From Lama glama (lineage: Eukaryota), in contig CM052816.1 of the NCBI GenBank assembly GCA_028534125.1, forward strand, positions 36,458,001 through 36,522,000: a DNA stretch of 64,000 nucleotides, written 5' to 3'. Position 1 is the first letter of the stretch, and each line of letters opens with the position of its first letter. The translations under genes and the position numbers were made by a program. Under the pieces are notes generated by a model. The model ran no database searches. It was not told the origin of the DNA and was given only the letters and a program-made list of their open reading frames with translations. Of this stretch, positions 25,301 to 37,985 are shown in pieces.

Positions 25301-27289
25301 GTGGAAAGCAGTTCATATCCTGTCCTCTTATTTAAAATAATATTGATACACAAATATCCTATATAACTTTATATGTATATATACACATATATCATACATA
25401 CACACATTAATCAGCTAGGTAAATAAGACTTGCATTTATTTTAGCCACAAAATACACTTTACACACCTGGTCCCCTTTTTGCTGCTAATCAAGACTTTAA
25501 AAATAATGCTATTGGTTATATGATTTCATTTTTGTTTTGTTTTAATGAGCAAGTGATGAGACAGTCCAAAGGGCTGCTTATCAGTGGGTATATTATAAAT
25601 TGAAGGAATGAGAGATGGATGGCTGGGAAAAACAGAATTAGGCAACTACTAGTGAAAGTGGATGCAACGTTTTATATATTTATTTAGTTACTGAGTTAGT
25701 TAAGATTTCCTCTGAGAATCTGCTACATGCTTGCACCTTGATCCCAGAGAATATACATACTTACAAAATTATGCAAACTATTTTAAGCAAATAAGCCCTG
25801 GGTCAGAAGAATTTTGAATTTGTCAAGGAATTAAATGTGAAAAGTGAGAGAACTGGAAGTCTCAAATTCCTTCAGTATTTCAAATCTGGGTGATGAGAGT
25901 AAGCAAGAAAGTGATGAAGAGATTTGATGGAGTGGAAAATACTTTTGTTTTAAAACATTATTGATACTTCCTTTTAATTGAAACCTAAAAGTTGTCTATG
26001 ATAAAATGGCTAACCTTCTTGGTGGGAGTAATACATCAATTTGCCAATGACTAACATGACAGTGTTGAATAATTTGCCATGTCTTCACTATTAGTGTCCT
26101 CAGAAGGTGGAGGATGTCCAGTTTGGAGGCACGGCACTCTAACTTTGGGAAACACTGGGAGCAGACTTTTGAGGAAATATGGCCATGCTCAGCATGGGGG
26201 CACAGGTCTCCAGCTTCTTAGAGTGAAGAGAAAGAAGAAAAGCATATAGAATAAGCTGAAGGCTTTCATTACTGATAGTCCTAGTTATACTCAGCTTTCA
26301 TTTTTAATAAAAATGGTATCTCTTCAGCCTTTAAAGAGCTTCAAAGTTATTTCCTAGTAGTAAATTAAGGACTATGGAAAATTTGCTCATCTTGTTTTTC
26401 ATGTGGCAATAACCTCTTTCATTGTTGAAGGAGGGTAAATTTGCGTTGCTCCAGCCAAGGCTAGATTTTTGTTATATTGGATTATCAAGAAAAGAAATAG
26501 AATAATCTTGCCTCAAGGTCATTTACAATAGGATAAGATGTCATCCATTTAGATAGTTTAGTTGCCAGTCTCATTATAAGTTGAAAGAGACAAGCTGACC
26601 TCTCAAACTACTGCTCAGAATAAATGTATAAGCTTTTATGAGATAGCTATCCCCCAAACTCATTACCTAGGACTGATGTACTAGTCTTTTTTGTTATTTA
26701 TTAAAATATGATGGGAAACTAGCTTCTAAATATTAATTTTTCCCTTCTGCTGGGATTAGAATTGTTAAATGACATGGAGAAATAAAAACCCCAAATCACA
26801 GTATGCTCACAGACAAGATGGGGTGGACCTTTGACAGACATCTGTGTAATTCTTTACCTTCAGCTTGATTCACCTTTGAGTCAAATTCAGATACACAATT
26901 CATTATTTTATATCTCAGTTGAGACAAAGATAATTATTTATTATGTTATTTTGCCTTTAAAATTTAGTAAGGTGTTGTATTATTAGCATGGATTTTGGAA
27001 TATGTAGCATGAGTATTTGGCAAATATTTGGCATTATCTAGAATTTGTTAATTGATGGAAAAATTGGCACTTTCACGTTTATGTTAATTTTTATATTTAT
27101 TGGAGGTATTAATCATAACCTTGAAAAATCAAATAAAAATAAAATGCAATAGATTATATATGCATACATTATATCTGTATTATATATATGCATAATAAAA
27201 AGCTTATATGTGTTTATATTTTAAAATCACTGTCAATTTTTCTGACGTGCACTTCATTGAAAGAAAAATATTAATCAATATATTGAATC

Positions 27290-27460
27290 ACCGAGTTTTA
27301 GAGCCAAAAAGAACTATAAGAATTATATAGTGAAGTCCCTAACCTCTACTGTTTACAGGTGATATCAAGAGAAATCAAAAGACTTGCCCAGTGTTAAAAG
27401 GGTGGTGGTTAGAAGAGCTCAAACTCATTTCCTGGTTCATGGTTCAGTCTCTTTCCCACT
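27290..27460 (-). mobile_element. MIR (MIRc/MIR3-like)
   Basis: TTTTAGAGCCAAAAAGAACT...TTTACAGGTGA...GACTTGCCCAGTG...TCTCTTTCCCACTATA. Confidence 0.6.
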
Positions 27461-27954
27461 ATAGAAGCCAGCACTTTCTGTTTTTATCTCTTAGGAAGAG
27501 ATGGGACATTAGCTTTAGTGCAGTAAGCAACCTTTGCTTCCCTAGTACTTTGGAGCTTTTTAATTAGTAGGCACTGTGCTTGTGGTAAATCTGTATTAAC
27601 ACAAAGCTCATTACAAGTAGAGTCTTTATCCTACATGGAAGTTGGATACAAACTTTTTCTATGTCATAATTCAATAAGCATATTAAAATTTTCAATTTGT
27701 CTCTTTTTCCCCCAGGTGTTCTCTTTGATTGGTAAATGTCTTCTATTGTATTAGCATAGGAAGTCTCAACTTCTGCAGGTATCAAGTTTCTTACCCATAG
27801 ATTTAAATATCCAAAATGCTCACTCTATAGTACACATTTGGACTGAGGTTTTGTGAAGCGACATTACATACAGGGACTGATAACAAAGTCTTTCCATGTT
27901 TCTCCTTTCACCACCATAACCAAATATCAAATTATCTTTCTGGCCTCTTTTTCA

Positions 27955-28036
27955 TATATATATATATATATATATATTATAGATATTATAATATATTATA
28001 TATTATATATATTATACATAACACACACATATATAT
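27955..28036. repeat. (TA)n-rich microsatellite
   Basis: Direct reading of the sequence. Confidence 0.9.
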
Positions 28037-29104
28037 AAAATATTGTATTCTTCTTCAGTAGTTAACTGCATAAGATTACTTCTGTAATTGTTATGGAATT
28101 ATTTGCTATTAACCACTTAAAGTCTTAAATATACCCTTGTTCAAATAAATATATCCTAATGTTCCTGAGATAGTCATTAAAGTAATTTTCTTCTCCTAAC
28201 CAGTGACCTTTACAGAAAGAAGTTAATAAGTCTGGACAGAACTCTGAAGTGATTAAAGTTACTCAACAGACTGATTTACTTTCATTTAATAGCCTGACAT
28301 TTCTTTAAAATTGAAATGACTGTGTTGTTTATATTAAAAATTAGAAACATTTTTACTATAAAAGTCATTTATCAAAGGACTGGTCCACTGGGATAAGTTC
28401 AGATTTTGCAAAGAGGTGATGCTACAACTTGAAAGAAAAAAGAAAACAGGAAAAACCAAATAGCAATTAAGGTGGATTATTGCTATTTGGAAAAATAAAA
28501 TGATTAATCTAATTTAGCTCATAATTGACATGTATTAAAACTTAAAAGTATGTGTAGGTAGGGTAGACAACTAAAGTTAAAAAAATAAGTGATTAATCCA
28601 GCATTAGGAAAAATCTTATTTTCAATTTCTGTATTAAATTTGAATGTGCAACTTCATATTTTTGCTGTAAGTTGTTTCGATACAAACGAGTTATATAATT
28701 TTAAAAGTTTATTGATTGCAATGTGAAAATTGTAAAATGTTTATAGGATCAAGAGAAAAATCCCATGACATTATTTTTTTCAGTTGGCACAAATAATTCT
28801 TGTTTTTTTTATGTTGAGAGTTACAATAGTGTACACACAGATGTAATTGACACAAAGATGAAAGCATCTTCTTTTTTTCATGAAATAAAAAAAAAGTTAC
28901 AAAATATTATTTGATTTCTTTCTTCATTCTCTGTTGGAGAGACTACCTGGTCTCTAACACCTTTATCAAAAAGTCTCAGATCCTTTGCATTTACATATTT
29001 ATTGAGGACAACATAAATAAAAACAACAGTCTATGTAGTTATTGATGAAATCATCTTCAGGTATATTGGAAGACTGATGTAAAACTATTATTTTTATCAA
29101 GAAG

Positions 29105-29370
29105 CAGCATAGAGATTAATATTCTAGGCTCTGGGGCTGGAAGGCTGAAGTACTCATTCTTCCCTCACCACTTATAATCTGAGAGACCTTGAGCCAGTTA
29201 ACTAGACTCTCTATACCTGTTTCCTCAACTGAAAAATCTGCAAAATGGGAATGAGCACAGACTCTACTCCCTTGGTTTTATGTGTAAAGGTTAAATCTGA
29301 CAAAGCTATGCATATAGCATGTTGGGCAGTACTGATGTATAGTAAAATGCCAAAAATATTTATTATATTA
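29105..29370 (+). mobile_element. MIR SINE
   Basis: AGGCTCTGGGGCTGG...CACCACTTATAATCTGAGAGACCTTGAGCCAGTTA...CTGTTTCCTCA...CTGCAAAATGGGAATGA. Confidence 0.75.
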
Positions 29371-30112
29371 TAAGCTGAGTTCTATTTTTATGAGAGGGAA
29401 TCCCCTTGAAAATGGGCAGTCTTTGAGGAGTATTTTATTCATGTGCATTTTAATAAATAATTCCCATTTAGATGGGAGAAAAAAATAAATGAAAGAATTT
29501 GTATTTGACAGTTTATATCTGAGGAATACCTAGGAAATTTACAAAGACCAGAAATTAATTCTGACCTGAAACAACTGACTCATTTATTAGAGGGTATATC
29601 TCCTCTTAAGTGAATGAGATCTTTTGATCTCTGTGAGAGTTGTATGTAGAATTGAAGACATGAAAATCTATTAAGGATTCCATTATTAACCTCAATTTAT
29701 AAGTCTGATTCCTAGTGAAATTACTTTCTCACTCTAGATTATCTGAAACTATGATTCATGGAATAGAGATGTAATTCTCATTCTTCATTTTGAAGGGAAA
29801 TTAGACTTAAAATGCAGGCTCTTGGTGGTGTATTTGAATGCCCACAATATAATGACAGCATGGGCAAAGAAGAGATTCCTTCTTTGTTGTATACAGGCCA
29901 TTCGGCCATGTTTGATCCATCCCCTTCAATCAAGGAAGAAAACGGCAACTCCATGGGGTTAAAAGGTACAACAGTCTCAGTGACATCCACAGAATTTATG
30001 TATAGAAATACTGCCTAATTTTATAGCAATCAAGATAGAGAAAATGCTTCATCTTCATTGCCTGAGGGATACCCACTTTATGATATAGAAGAGCTATTTC
30101 AAATTCTTGAAA

Positions 30113-30240
30113 ATTCCTTCCTTCCTTCCTCCCTCTCTCTCTCCCTTTTTCTCTTTCTTTCTTTTCCTCCTTCCTTCCTTCCTTTTTTTTCTTTCTTTCT
30201 TTCTTCCCTTTTTTCTTTCTTTCCTTCCTTCATTTTTTCT
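30113..30240. repeat. Polypyrimidine (CCTT/CTTT/CT) low-complexity tract
   Basis: About 125 bp of almost pure C/T. Confidence 0.95.
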
Positions 30241-31810
30241 ATATAATAAAATATTGTTGACTATGATCATTATGCTGTGCTTTAGAGCTCCAGAACTTAT
30301 ACATCTTCTAGTTGCAAGGTTGTACCCTTTGACCAACACTTCCCCAGTCCCCACACCTTAGGCCTTGGTAAACGCCATTCTACTGTTTCTACCAGTTTGG
30401 TTTCTTTAGATTCCACGTATAAGTAATCTCATACAGTACTTTTCTTTCTCTGTCTGACTTATCTCATTTAGCATAATACCGTTAATATCAATCCTTGTCG
30501 TCATAAATGCAGGGTTTCCTTTTTTCTCACAGTTGAATAATGATCCATTTTACATATTATAAACACCACATCCTCTTTATCTCCTTATCCATTGATGGAC
30601 ATTTACACTGTTTCTATATCTTGGCTACTGTGAATAATGCTGAACTAAACACAGTGGTGTGGATCTCTTTGATAGTCTCTTTTCATTTCCTATGGATACA
30701 TACCCAGAAGTGGGAATGCTAGATCATAAGGTAGTTTTAATTTTAATTTTTTGAGGGAACTTCATACTGTTTTCCACAGTAAATGAGGCATTACATTTTC
30801 ACCCACAGTGCACAAATGTTTCCTTTTCTCCACACTCTTGCCACTTGTTATCTTTTGTCTTCTTATTGATAGCCATTTTAACAGGGGTGAGGTAATATCT
30901 CATTGTGGTTTTGATTTGCATTTCCCTGATAATCAGTACTTTTGAGCATTTTTTTCATGTACCTGTTGGCTATTTGTTTGTCATCTTTGGAAGGTAAAGA
31001 AATAGCTACTCAGGGTATCTGTCCATTTTTAAACTGGATTGTTTTGCTTTTGTTTGTTTGCTATTGAGTTGAATGAATTCTTTACATATTTTGGATATTA
31101 AGTTTTTATCAGATATGTGGTTGGCAAATATTTTCTCCCCTTCCTTAGTTTACCTTTTTACTTTTTTGGTTGTTTCTTTTGCTGTGCAGAAGCTTTTTGG
31201 TTTGATATAGTCTTACTTGCTTATTTTTGCTTTTGTTGCTTGCGCTTTTGGTGTCACATCCAAAATATTGTTGCCAAGACCAATGTCAAGGAGGTCCTTC
31301 CCTGTTTCATTCTAGGAATTTTACAGTTTAAAGTCTTATGTTTAAGTTTTTAGTTTATTTTAATGTTTTTGAGTGGTATAAGATAGTGGTCCAATTTCAC
31401 ATTTTGCATATGATTATCCATTTTTCCCCACACCCCTCATTTATTGAAAAAAAAAAGTATCCTTTCCCCATAGATTATTCTTTGCTTCCTTCTCAAATAT
31501 TAGTTGACTCGACATGCAGGAGTTTTATTTCTTCACTCTCTTCTGGTCCATTGGCCTATGTGTCTATTTTGATGTCAGTACCATACTACTATAATCACTA
31601 TAGCTTTGTAGTATAAGTCAAAATCAAGAAGTGTGATGCCTCTGGGTTTATTCTTTTTCAGAATTGCTTTGGCTATTTGGGGTCTTTGTTAGTTCCATAC
31701 ACATTTTAATACATTTTTTCCATTTATTTGAAAAATGTCATTGGAATTTGAAAGGGATTGTGTTGAAACTGTACATGACGTTATTTGGTATGGACATTTT
31801 TAACAACACT
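30241..31810 (-). mobile_element. LINE-1, L1MA9-like, 3' part of ORF2 and 3'UTR
   Basis: CTCCAGAACTTATACATCTT...TTGTACCCTTTGACCAACA, CTCATTGTGGTTTTGATTTGCATTTCCCTGAT, TTTGCTGTGCAGAAGCTTTTT, GTTCCATACACATTTT. Confidence 0.9.
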
Positions 31811-32640
31811 GTATTTTTAAATCAATAAAAAGCTGACACCTGCAAATCACTTGTAGATGCCAGATATCATTGAACCTATAGGATATATATTTTATTCATT
31901 AATCTCCCTAATATGAGGGACATTCCTGGAGAAAAGTACACAATGGGTACAAATTTGAGCGTAAGAGAAATGAGACTTTGCTACTTTCACAGTTTAGTTA
32001 TGGCTAAAATCAAAAAGCTTATGATTATCCCACATTTTCCCCTTACAACTCAGCTGCTTTGCCTTTTGAAACTGCTGGATATATGAAGTAAAAATGTTCA
32101 CAATGAAATATTGAAGAAATACATCTGCCTGAAATTATGACTGTAGTGATTATCTATAGCTTTCATGTGATTTGACACCTTCAGAAACTCACTAATGAGT
32201 GATGAGTGTTGATGACTATTCTTTATATGCTAGAGATAAATCTAAAATTTAAATTCCCACACAGTTCAAAAAATGACTCCACAAACTCAGAACTATCTCT
32301 AGCTAGGAAATATCCCAATTTCTAAGATTTTTTTCATGCAGAGAGAGGCTGTGTCTACAGAAGATTAACATTTCAACATACTTGCCAAAAAATCAAAGTA
32401 CTCTGTCATTTATTTTCTATTCCAAAATAACAATAGAATCTTAATTTTGTGATTATTTGAAATTTCACATTTGCCTATTTTTTAATCACTTATAAATAAA
32501 TTATTCGATTTTTGACCAAATGCATGATTAAACATGTCTATATCTACTCTGAATTGTCCAGTTTCTACATGGAGACAAAACAGCACTGTCAAGATTTGAA
32601 ATGGGTACGTTTCCTGTAATATTTGGTAATTTTTTAAATA

Positions 32641-33113
32641 CAGCCCTTCCTTGTCTTACAGTGGGATTACATCCTGGCAAACCCATCTTAAGCTGAAAAT
32701 TTTAAGTCAAAAATGTACTTTAATACACTAATTACCATAGTAGCCTAAACTAACCTACCTTAAATGTGCTCGAAACACTTACATTGGCCTAGAGTTGGGA
32801 AAAATAATCTACACAAAGCCTATTTTATAATAAAATACTGAATATCCCATGCAGTTTACTGTTCTGAAAGTGAAAAATAGAATGGCTGTAGGGGTATCAG
32901 TTGTTTACCCCCATTATCTGGTGGCTGACTGGGAGCTGCGACTTGCTGCTGCTGCCACTCAGCATCATGAGAGCATATACCTCATGTACCTCACCTGGAA
33001 AAAGACTGAAATTCAAAATTTGAAGTATGATTTCTGTTGAATTTGTATCACTTTTGTACCATTATAATTTGAAAAATCATTAAGTTGAACCATTGTAAGT
33101 CAGAGACTGTGTC
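32641..33113 (+). mobile_element. TcMar-Tigger MITE, MER47-like
   Basis: TA|CAG...CTTACAGTGGGATTACATCCTGGCAAACCCATCTTAAGCTGAAAAT, CTACCTTAAATGTGCTC, GGCTGACTGGGAGCTGCG, and the end AAGTTGAACCATTGTAAGTCAGAGAC. Confidence 0.85.
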
Positions 33114-33180
33114 TATAGCTATAGTTATAGCTATCTCTAGCTAGTTAGCTACCTACCTGCCTATTTATGTATCTATCTAT

Positions 33181-33467
33181 CGAGTGGTCCCCTGACATCC
33201 TTGGGGATTGATTCCAGACTCACTGTGGATACCAAATTCCAAAGGAGATGCTCAGGTCCCATCTTGACCCTCTGTATTCCTGTGTTTCACTTTTGTAGAT
33301 TTAACCAGTCTTGGATCATGTATTAAGTACGAGATTCATGCTTGATTACATCCTGGATGTAGAACTCACAGATACAGAGGGCTTATTATGGGACTTGAAC
33401 ATCTCCAGACTTTAGTATCTGTAGTGGTTCCTGGAACTAATTCCCTGAGGGTACTGAGGGATGACTG
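33181..33467. mobile_element. TcMar-Tigger palindromic MITE, MER2/MER2B-like
   Basis: 5' GGGGATTGATTCCAG...GGATACCAAA...GATGCTCAGGTCCC is mirrored by 3' GGGACTTGAACATC...TTTAGTATCTG...CTGGAACTAATTCCC...GAGGGATGACTG. Confidence 0.8.
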
Positions 33468-35330
33468 CACTGAGGGATGAAAGACAGAAAGAGAGGGAGA
33501 GTAAGCGAAATTCTAAGGTATCAGTGTCTTCTGCAAAACAGAGATCAAATCAAATGGTTATTCAAATTATTTTCAGATGAAATATTCTGGTCAATATTGA
33601 CTCTTAATTGTGTGATGACCTATAAAACAGTCCATTTTATGAAATATTGTTGTGTACTATTTAAAACCTCACCATTATGTGCATACCCTATTGACTTGAT
33701 TTTTAGGAAAATAGTTTAGGATATATACATTGGCTTCAGTCTCTTATGATACATCTTTCTGTTGTAGTGCTAGGAATTTGTTCTAATGTCTAACAAGTAA
33801 GTGCCATGGTCAGTACTTAATGTACTCTACTATAAATATTTATCAAAAATCACAATTTCCTATATAAATGAAAAATTGCATCTATTAACTTTGGGATAGG
33901 AGTTTGATATATGCATTTGTAATCATCATATTAGAGTTCTTAATTCAACATTTCAGACACCATCAAAGATGATTTTAGCATTGAGAGAGACATTTTTGTA
34001 GGTAGTAAATGAGAAAAAGAAATATTGTTCAAACTGAAAATTGAACTGCATCTTCAAATGCTTTATTATAAAGAAGTAAGTTCACTGCTTTTTAAGGTAT
34101 ATGGTCATTTTGCAAAATAAAGAATCCATTTAAAAATAATATATTAGCTTTCAATTGTATTGACTTAACAGGAATGAGTACATAATACTAGTGTAACATC
34201 TTTCGTTTTTCCCTTACATTTGAAAGATCTCCTCAAAATTATAAAACTATACCAAGATAGATTTCTCCTGTTCTTCTCATTCTCAGCAAATGTAGGAGGT
34301 TGAAAGTAACTTGAACAGAAGATGGTAAACACTGTCGTTTTCAGAGTGTATGTGTGTCCTCTGAATCTAAATTTGGAAAAAAAAAGACACTGAAGTTTGT
34401 ATAGCTCTTGATTCACATTTTGTTTAAAATTTTAAATGCAAATGATAGAGCTTCCTCTGTTTGGACAATATGATAACTGGTAGTTTCTGATTCTCTTTAA
34501 TTCAATTACACTAATTAATCCCACTAGTATGATGCTGAGAATCTGGTTTATATAATATTAAATCTGTTCTTTACTCCTTTAAATATATATAGATTCATAA
34601 GCTTCTTGAAAACTCAGACACAGAATAAATTCTTTGATATCTTTTAGGCAAGTCTTAGAAATGTGGATGACTGCAGAAAAACTCCTCAAACTTTGACTGT
34701 AAGAATGGGGTATTTATAACAGCTTAACTGTATATGTTAAACTACAAGACATTTTAACACCATCTCAAGAGCCAAGGGTGATGTGACAAATACATCAGAA
34801 TACAGAGTAAACTTCATTGTCAAAATATTCTGCAACCAAATATGTTTATATGTTTATTAAGGATCTACATCATGTTTGAAAATATTAGCAGTTGAAATGG
34901 TCACTCCTAACAAAGACAGACTAATTGAAGAAACTTCATGAACTGAGGACATGAGAGATTTATGAGAAAACTAAGTTTAATCAGAAGAAGGGTAAGACAG
35001 AGTTTGAGGTGAGAAGGAAAAAAGATGAGTTAAATAATTATTTTTCTTATTTCCTCTAAGCTTCGTTATATTATCTGACAGCTTTGATCTCAAAGGAGGG
35101 GGAGAATAGTTCTTTAGAGGGCTTTGAACCTGCTTCTATGAGATATATGGCATTATTCTCACCTATAAAAATGTGTCATGGACAGAGTATCCCAAATAAT
35201 CAGGGAGAAAGCACACCTTTAAACCTTTCAAAATGACTGCAATAGAACATGTCAAGTTTTCTTCCTCAGGACCTACCTGACGCACACATGCCATATATTT
35301 TCACTGTCTTTTCATTGTACATTCTAAATA

Positions 35331-35760
35331 TGAGTAGTGAGTTGAATAATGGTCCCCTGAAAGACATGTCCACATCAAATCCCTGGAACCTGTGAATTTT
35401 GCCTTATTTGGGAAAAAGGTCTTCACAGATGTAATTGAATTAAGGATCCTGAGATGCAGAGATCATCCGGGGTAGGCCCTAAATCCAATGACAAGTGTGC
35501 ACGTAAGAGACACACAAAGAGATTTTCCAGAAATAAGAGGAGAAAGTGATGTGGAAGCAGAAATGAGAGTAGATTGATGAGGCCACAAGACAAGGAAGCC
35601 AAGGTCTGACAGTTGCCAGACGCTGGAAGAGACCAAGAGGGATTCTTCCCTAGAGCCTCCAGATTTTGGACTTTGGGTCTCCAGAACTGTGAAAGAATAA
35701 ATTTCTTTTGTTTTAAGCTATCCTGTTCGTGGTGTTTTGTTATGGCAGTCCTAGTATAAT
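35331..35760 (+). mobile_element. MaLR solo LTR, MLT1B/C-like
   Basis: TTGAATAATGGTCCCC, CCCTGGAACCTGTGAA, GGCCCTAAATCCAATGAC, GATTCTTCCCTAGAGCCT, CTCCAGAACTGTGAAAGAATAAATTTC, TTTGTTATGGCAGTCCTAG. Confidence 0.9.
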
Positions 35761-37039
35761 CACTTAGTATTTCGCTGGCAAAGTATTTTATCAACACTTT
35801 CTTTTTTAAATAAAATTGACAGGAATTATTAAATGTCACTGTTAGACTGCTGATGCTTCATCTCAAAGATAATGAATTAGCTATAACAAAACTTCCTGCT
35901 TTTATTTACCCAATCATTGTAGAACCATATATTTCACGTTCTTGAAACCATATGATTTTAAAGTGATCTCTAATTATTTAACAATTAAATATTCTCTTCT
36001 TGTGACAAGAAAGAGAAGCAAATATGACATAAGATTCATATTTGGCTTTGGCATTATTAATGAGAATGGCTATTATCAAACTATTTCCTCCATATCCCCA
36101 TTTAAACACTCTTCTCTTGATTCAGATACAATACAGTAACTGCTAGGAGTTAGGGTCATCTCCTAGGTAATGTAGGAGATAGGGTCATTTTGATTTACTC
36201 AACATCACTATAACAGTTGTATATCTAATTCACAAATATATGTGTGCATATATAACATATATGTATACATTAATGTGTATATACAATCCCATAATTCCTA
36301 TGTCCAAATTTCTCCCTCCTTCTCTCTCTCTCCTCCTCTCTCTCTCTTTCTCTCATCTATCTACGTATGTATGTGTATTTCCTGTGTTCCAAGGACATGT
36401 TATAAATTTTATATAATTTCTGTCATATTTAAGAGTGTCTGAAAGATGATATGAAAAGCCAATTACATATATGTGGCTTTTATTTCCTTGGGCATCACTG
36501 CCTTATGTGCTGTTTAAGCATGGCAGAAAAACTGGCAATAGCATTGATCACCTAGCCATCCCAGTTAGACCCTCACAATCACTATATCCACTTCACCTTC
36601 CAGTGAGTGTGCACCATTACAATTTCCTCACCTTGAACGTTCAGCCCTCCCAGTCCCTGCAGAGTTTGGTACAGCCTTCTTCTTTGTTTTGTGTTGAAGG
36701 GTATGCAGGCAGTTTACTTGTTAATACTGTAATCCTTTTACCATTTCTCTCAAGGATATAGTCTCATGTCTTTGAATTCTTAAAGTGGACATAAAACGGG
36801 TCTCTAAGTTGTCTTTTTTATGACATTTACCCCCACTGCAATGGGATGCCAATCATATTCTCTCAAACTGAAGAGGCAAAGAGTTTATCAAGGTCTTTTG
36901 TTACGAGAGCGCTGTGAAACCAGAATATTATATCTGTGATTACTAAAACACAGAAACTTTCAACAGATTTCTTGCTACTTTCTTTTTTTTCACAGAAATA
37001 GTGAAAGTTATATGAACATAAGATAATGGGGAAGTCATA

Positions 37040-37235
37040 TAAAATAGTGGTCTGGAGTCAGACTGATGAGTTCAAATTCCAATCAAACTGACAGTGTGAC
37101 CCTGGAAAAATTACTTAATTTAACCTCCATTAGCCATCTACAAGAAGAGGACATTTACTTCACAGAACTGTTCTGAGGATTACATGAGGTAATGAACATC
37201 AGGTACTGAGCTGTCTGTCACCTAGTAAGTGACAA
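37040..37235 (+). mobile_element. MIR SINE
   Basis: TCTGGAGTCAGACTG...GTTCAAATTCC...GTGTGACCCTGGAAAAATTACTTAA...CTGAGGATTACATGAGGTAATG. Confidence 0.75.
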
Positions 37236-37841
37236 AGGGAAGTATTTCTGATAACAGATAAATCTTATAGTCAGAGACAGGGAAGGATTTCTGAGTAAAT
37301 TATATGAGATGCTTTAGAAGGATGTAAACCTCATAAATATAGAGTAAAATATAAGACTGTATGGCCATACATATATCTTTCTAAGTTCTTCGATTTTTGT
37401 ACTCATAAGTAAGCTATTCAAATTCCTCTTTTATTTTTGTTTAAACAATTAATTTAGGACTTTAAGCCTTTTTTCTCAACATTGAACCACTGTCTTGAAA
37501 TTATCTTGAATTCCAAATGAAAGAGGCCTGAATAGAGGGATTATTGTATACTTTCCATTATGAAGGTTAACAATGGAGAGTATACCACATGTCAATTTGT
37601 TTTACTTGTATGGAGAATTTTCTTCGGAAGTATTCTTAGTATCCAGTCTTAAGTCTTATAGTTATGCTTGTTTTCTATTCATTGTGTTTTTCTTGTGTTC
37701 TCTAATTTTATTCCTCTAGAACATTTATAGTTTTTTCACACAAAATATATTGCCTTTGCTCTCCATGGCTGCAATCGGAGAATACATGCGTGTTAATAAT
37801 GAATTGCCAGTGGCTAATCTTAAGTCTTCTTTACTTTGCAG

Positions 37842-37985
37842 CAAGCATTGGATACCCGCCGAGAGGTGCCAGTGGAAACGTGCTGAGATAACAGCTCTGC
37901 TCATAGTCCTTTCAGATACACGCTAATTCCACTGTGTTGTGCGATTAAGGAAAGAAAAGACAGGTTCATGACTCAGAAAATTTAG
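37842..37985 (+). other. Candidate exon (non-coding or UTR), unverified
   Basis: Branch-like CTAAT plus TCTTCTTTACTTTGCAG acceptor ending at 37841; donor AG|GTAAG after 37985; locally retained CpGs; stop codons in all three frames. Confidence 0.25.

Noticed and set aside
25700..25812. Possible hAT-Charlie MITE relic
   Set aside because: Resemblance too weak and terminal repeats not clear enough to call by eye.
29778..30018. Overlapping sense and antisense ORFs of about 70 aa in apparently unique sequence
   Set aside because: No recognisable domain or convincing splice sites; the length is within chance expectation and it may be an old LINE relic.
30058..30361. F/L/S/P-rich and K/R/E-rich ORFs
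   Set aside because: Translation of the CT-rich low-complexity tract.
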